64,000 bases of DNA from assembly GCA_034226945.1 (NCBI GenBank), contig CP120454.1, forward strand, positions 496,001-560,000, written 5' to 3'. The translations under genes and the position numbers were made by a program. The notes beneath the pieces are model-generated. The model was not told the DNA's origin, did no database searches, and saw only the letters and a program-made list of their open reading frames with translations. The stretch comes from Picochlorum sp. SENEW3. Lineage: Eukaryota. Shown one piece after another: positions 59,783 to 64,000 of the stretch (positions within the stretch are counted from its first letter, which is position 1; each line of letters opens with the position of its first letter).

Positions 59783-61183
59783 TTATACATGCGGGTTTCT
59801 TGCATGAGTAGAATACATTCTTTCTGGAGGTGGCTTAAAAGCCGTCACATTGCTTGAACGTGACGACACTATCTGGAATTCCCTCTCGGCATGTCCAGAA
59901 TAAATTTGCCTTGGTCGAGAAATCTTATTCAATGGCTCAGAGACAAATTCTTTCCATTGAGCTACCCAACCTACACACCGTGCCATGGCAAAAATAACCG
60001 TATACATCTCAACTGGAATACCAAGAGCACGCATGACAATGCCTGAATAAAAGTCAATATTAGGATACAAATTCCTCTTGACAAAATACTCATCCTGAAG
60101 CGCGTGGGCTTCCAATGCTTTTGCAATATCCAGCAACGGATCATCAACATCTAGCGATGAAAGAACCTGATCAGAAATTTCCTTCATTATTTTTGCTCTC
60201 GGATCAAACGTTTTGTATACCCGATGTCCAAAACCCATCAACCTGAACGGATTCTCCTTATCCTTTGCCCTCTCAACAAGCAGTGGAATGGCATCAAGAC
60301 CACCCAATTGTTCAATCTCCAACAGCATTTTCATCACGGCTGTCGAAGCGCCACCATGCAGCGGCCCATGTAAAGACGCGATACCACTTGATATGCACGT
60401 AAATGGATTTGCTTGAGAACTCCCTGCAGTCCTCACAGTGGACGTTGATGCATTCTGCTCATGATCCAGATGCAAAATCAAAATCGTCTCCAACGCCTTT
60501 GCCGCCACAGGATCCACCTGATACTTTTGAGTAGGCAACGCATTCATCATGTACAGGAAATTCTCCGAAAAACTCAAATCATTCCGTGGGTAGATGATTG
60601 GCTGCCCCAAATGAACCTTGAATGACATGGCCGCCAGCGTTGGAATCTTTGCAATCAACCGATGGCACGCCCGAATCTGCTGAGCTGGATCAGACACATT
60701 CGCCACTTCTGGATAAAATGCCGCCATCGCACCCACACATCCACACATGATTGCCATTGGATGCGCATCATGTTGGAATCCTTTGAGAAATTCCATAAAC
60801 TTTTCATGAATCAGCGTGTGATTTGTTATATCCAACCGAAAATGCTCCTTCTCATCTACATCCGGAAGCTCTCCATGCAGCAAAAGATACGAACAATCGT
60901 AAAAATCTCCATGCTCCACCAAATCCTCAATCCGATACCCTCTATATAACAAAATGCCCTTGTCCCCATCAATGTACGTAATCTTACTCTCGCAGCTCGC
61001 CGTGCTCATAAACCCAGGATCATATGTACAAATCTTTGTCTGAGAATACAGTTTCGTCACATCAATAAACCTGTTCCCAAACGAATCGTACTTTACCGGA
61101 AGCGAAATATCTGCTGTTCCATCTGGCATTCGCAGCACAGCAACGTCATTGGAACCCGACGGGTTCTTGGAATTATTTTCCAT
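59783..61183 (-). CDS. Citrate synthase (type II / glyoxysomal-like)
   Basis: YDPGFMSTASCES, DHEQNASTS, GPLHGGA, GFGHRVYK, LYPNIDFYSG. Confidence 0.95.
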   Translation of the reverse strand: MENNSKNPSGSNDVAVLRMPDGTADISLPVKYDSFGNRFIDVTKLYSQTKICTYDPGFMSTASCESKITYIDGDKGILLYRGYRIEDLVEHGDFYDCSYLLLHGELPDVDEKEHFRLDITNHTLIHEKFMEFLKGFQHDAHPMAIMCGCVGAMAAFYPEVANVSDPAQQIRACHRLIAKIPTLAAMSFKVHLGQPIIYPRNDLSFSENFLYMMNALPTQKYQVDPVAAKALETILILHLDHEQNASTSTVRTAGSSQANPFTCISSGIASLHGPLHGGASTAVMKMLLEIEQLGGLDAIPLLVERAKDKENPFRLMGFGHRVYKTFDPRAKIMKEISDQVLSSLDVDDPLLDIAKALEAHALQDEYFVKRNLYPNIDFYSGIVMRALGIPVEMYTVIFAMARCVGWVAQWKEFVSEPLNKISRPRQIYSGHAEREFQIVSSRSSNVTAFKPPPERMYSTHARNPHV

Positions 61184-61806
61184 ACTACTATATTAAAAGT
61201 GTTTTTCTATAAGGGTTACTGTTGTTTTTTTTCGCTTACCTTGGAAATGTTTCAGAAGATGAGCCTGCCACGTGGCACTCAAGGCCGCCATCGTTGTTGA
61301 GTGTACCGTCGACAACGAGGTTTGACCGGCCATTACTACTGCTTCTGTTTTCTTTCGGAAACTTGTCTCTTCTTCTTCGAACGAGAATTCTTCTAGACAT
61401 CCATCATCATGTCTCGATTCCTTCATCACCAGTAATGCGATGCATGATATGAAGCGTGGCCCTTGATGAATACCCCACATAAAGCTCGTCAGCCAGTCTC
61501 TCTCTCCCCCATGAAGAGCTGATGGGTACCCACGGTGGCAACTACAACGCAATCACGGTATTCCTATCGGCCAGAGTGCTGCCGAGGTATGCATGTCAAA
61601 TCTTTACACTTTTAATTCATTTATAACACTGTATTAGACAGGATCAAGCAAAAAGATTCCTTCTTGAAGGACGAGTGCAGTCTCTGCAGATCTTTCAAAG
61701 GTCGTTGGTACAAACGCGTGGGGCTCTTTGCCTTCTACCGAGTCTCAGAGGCATACATTTACTTCATACATCTATTTAATAGTATTATTTGATTGCGATA
61801 GACGTT

Positions 61807-62871
61807 ATGTTGCGTGGGAGCGCGACATTCTTGGTGTTCTGGGCTATCTGCCTGTCTCTGGTTGCCAGTCTGCAGGCGACAGCCGATTTTGACCCTCGAT
61901 TTGCGGCATCCAGGAGCTTGAAACGAGTGGATGATGAAGAGATTCTTGCTGTTTCCTCCGTCAATGACACGGCTGTTGATGCGCTTGCCACCTCTGGCTT
62001 GTGCCGGGCTGGGTATGATCTTGTATGGCATGATGACTTCGAATCATCCAAGAGTCTGAATGATTGGAGCTATCTCTTGTACAATGGATGCGAGTATGGA
62101 CTCTGTGGATGGGGGAATAACGAGTTGGAGTATTATACAAACAGTACAAGGAATGTACGGGTGTCAAATGGCAGTCTGAAAATTATTGCACGCAAAGCGA
62201 GCGATGATGATAGAAAGACATGCTGTCCGAGTGGAACATGCAAAAAGGGAGAATGTGAATTCACGTCTGGTAAGGTGAGAACGTTTAACAAGTTTGCAGT
62301 GCGCCCATCGTGGTCATCTGGGAGCAGAACCATTCGAATTGATGCTCGCATCAAGATGCCTGTTGGTCAAGGCTTGTGGCCATCCTTTACATTACTTCCA
62401 GAAGATTCTCCCGAGTTTTGCTTGGGGTGCGGATATTATGGTGACTGGCCACAAAGCGGTGCCATTACATTGTCTCAAAAGGTGAACAAGGACAAGGAAT
62501 ATACAGGAGGCATCTTGTATGGAGGCGTTGCCCCGGATATTGTCGCCTCCACCTTTTCAAAAAAGATATCAGCTAATTTGGAAGGATTTCACACGTATAC
62601 ACTCGAATGGAAACCCACGTCTATGAAGTGGAAGCTTGATGGAAAGACTGTGTTCAAGGCAAAGAGTGGAAAGGGAAATCCTGAAAAGGGATGGTTTAGT
62701 TTGTCGGATACGAGTGAGAAGAATTCTCCATTTGATAAGCCATTTTACCTCGTGGTTGGTATGGCATTGGGAGGAGACCAAACAGGAGCATCACCCAATC
62801 AGGTCAGGAAGACCTTGAAGAATAAAAAGTCAATGGAAATTGAACATATCCGTGTGTGTAAAGGGTTTTAA
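61807..62871 (+). CDS. Secreted GH16 laminarinase-like protein
   Basis: Signal peptide, LVWHDDF, GWGNNELEYYT, GLWPSF, WPQSGAI, PFDKPFYL. Confidence 0.85.
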   Translation: MLRGSATFLVFWAICLSLVASLQATADFDPRFAASRSLKRVDDEEILAVSSVNDTAVDALATSGLCRAGYDLVWHDDFESSKSLNDWSYLLYNGCEYGLCGWGNNELEYYTNSTRNVRVSNGSLKIIARKASDDDRKTCCPSGTCKKGECEFTSGKVRTFNKFAVRPSWSSGSRTIRIDARIKMPVGQGLWPSFTLLPEDSPEFCLGCGYYGDWPQSGAITLSQKVNKDKEYTGGILYGGVAPDIVASTFSKKISANLEGFHTYTLEWKPTSMKWKLDGKTVFKAKSGKGNPEKGWFSLSDTSEKNSPFDKPFYLVVGMALGGDQTGASPNQVRKTLKNKKSMEIEHIRVCKGF

Positions 62872-63046
62872 TGTGTTTATTGATCAAATATGGCATTTAA
62901 TACTCTTGAGTAGCCATCATGCCCAAAAAATCACCACTTGGCTCCGTTTCTGGTCATTGAGAGCATGGTTGGTCAACCTCCATCAAGGAACCCTGTTCAG
63001 TAGCTGCTGATTAAGTCTAATATACAGCATATCTTCATACTTGAAG

Positions 63047-63268
63047 CTAGTTATCATTCAAAACATTCTTCCTCTTCTTCCTCTCAGGCCTCCTGTATCT
63101 CTCAAGTGAACTTGGCTCGAACCGACCTTCATAAAATTTCAAATTTTTGCCGACTGGATCGTCTGCCCTCAGGACTGGCCTTGACCAATCACGATGCATC
63201 ATGATCGAGTTTGGGCCTGAAATCCCACCAATCGACTCCTCTCGACGAGTTCTATCGCATGGTGGCAT
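63047..63268 (-). CDS. Small hypothetical protein (73 aa)
   Basis: ATG-started ORF with a basic C-terminus, 35 nt downstream of the SET gene stop. Confidence 0.35.
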   Translation of the reverse strand: MPPCDRTRREESIGGISGPNSIMMHRDWSRPVLRADDPVGKNLKFYEGRFEPSSLERYRRPERKKRKNVLNDN

Positions 63269-63303
63269 TAATTAGTGTGGGTTACAGCACCAGCCTGGGA
63301 GTT

Positions 63304-63990
63304 CTAAATAACATCATATCCTGATCTATCATAATCTTTTCCGTAATCGATAAACAATTCTTCTCCCGCAGCAATATCTCGATCGGTCACAAACACCAGC
63401 CCAGTGGATGGATCATCCTTGTCATCTTCCACTCTCACATTGACACTCAGACGTGGATGCAGTGATGGTTCATTCACATAACTCAGCGTACAGTCGACAT
63501 CCCATGGCCACCACGTCCCAGGAGACGGCCGCGTACTCGGATACCCACTCTCATCCGATGGATCCAGTATCACCCCTGGTTTTTTTGAAAAGCAGTAATA
63601 CTGTGCCATGGGCGCCAAGACACACTTGGCAGTCATCTCTATATCATTCCTCACTCTCCCTGGGTATGCGCCAAGTACAACATCCCTTGGTATTGCAACC
63701 TTGGAAAACACCCCGTTGCCAGCCCCACTCCCAAGACTGCTCTCTCGTACACGCAACAAATCCTGTCGGGACCATCCTCGTGGCCTCTGTTGATACACAT
63801 ACCATGCAGCACTGCACATGATCTTTGCCCCTTGATACAGCAGACTGATATCACTCATATAGCCAGGGTCATATTCAGCCAACCCTCGCACGACTGTATA
63901 TGGTCGAGTAGTACACTGCTGTGTGATGATGATGGTCTCACAGGGCCTCACCCTTGGTCTTTTGGGTTCTCGTGGCAATGATACAGCCAA
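63304..63990 (-). CDS. SET-domain protein (5' end may lie outside the window)
   Basis: SSLGSGAGNGVFS, LSYVNEP, RDIAAGEELFIDYG. Confidence 0.85.
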   Translation of the reverse strand: MAVSLPREPKRPRVRPCETIIITQQCTTRPYTVVRGLAEYDPGYMSDISLLYQGAKIMCSAAWYVYQQRPRGWSRQDLLRVRESSLGSGAGNGVFSKVAIPRDVVLGAYPGRVRNDIEMTAKCVLAPMAQYYCFSKKPGVILDPSDESGYPSTRPSPGTWWPWDVDCTLSYVNEPSLHPRLSVNVRVEDDKDDPSTGLVFVTDRDIAAGEELFIDYGKDYDRSGYDVI

Positions 63991-64000
63991 AAGACCTGAT

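Noticed and set aside
61193..61552. Upstream coding exon or PTS2 for citrate synthase
   Set aside because: The candidate splice does not join in frame; more likely 5' UTR or uORF

Overview
Gene-dense eukaryotic nuclear DNA with short intergenic gaps, short GT-AG introns, many plastid-targeted proteins and TGTAA-type poly(A) signals. This fits a compact green-algal genome, probably a Picochlorum-like trebouxiophyte (inference). About 40 mostly housekeeping genes are present, including CAND1, 6PGD, ROK1, PAA1, trigger factor, ENGase, DAGL, eIF5A, RPS19, TBP, nucleolin, CRNKL1 and citrate synthase. The most unusual part is a ~4.4 kb island (about 16.45-20.9 kb). It holds a deleted, frameshifted remnant of a giant-virus (NCLDV) major capsid protein gene, convergent with an ankyrin-RING gene. 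It also holds an EF-hand/TM gene lacking a clean start, palindrome-rich non-coding DNA and short direct-repeat motifs near both edges. Other notable items are an atypical tRNA-Met(CAT) antisense inside a 6PGD intron, structured intronic RNA candidates in nucleolin and RPS19, a membrane coiled-coil protein with a pseudo-RNase III domain, and a small dispersed non-coding motif. All calls come from reading the sequence by eye; no searches were run.
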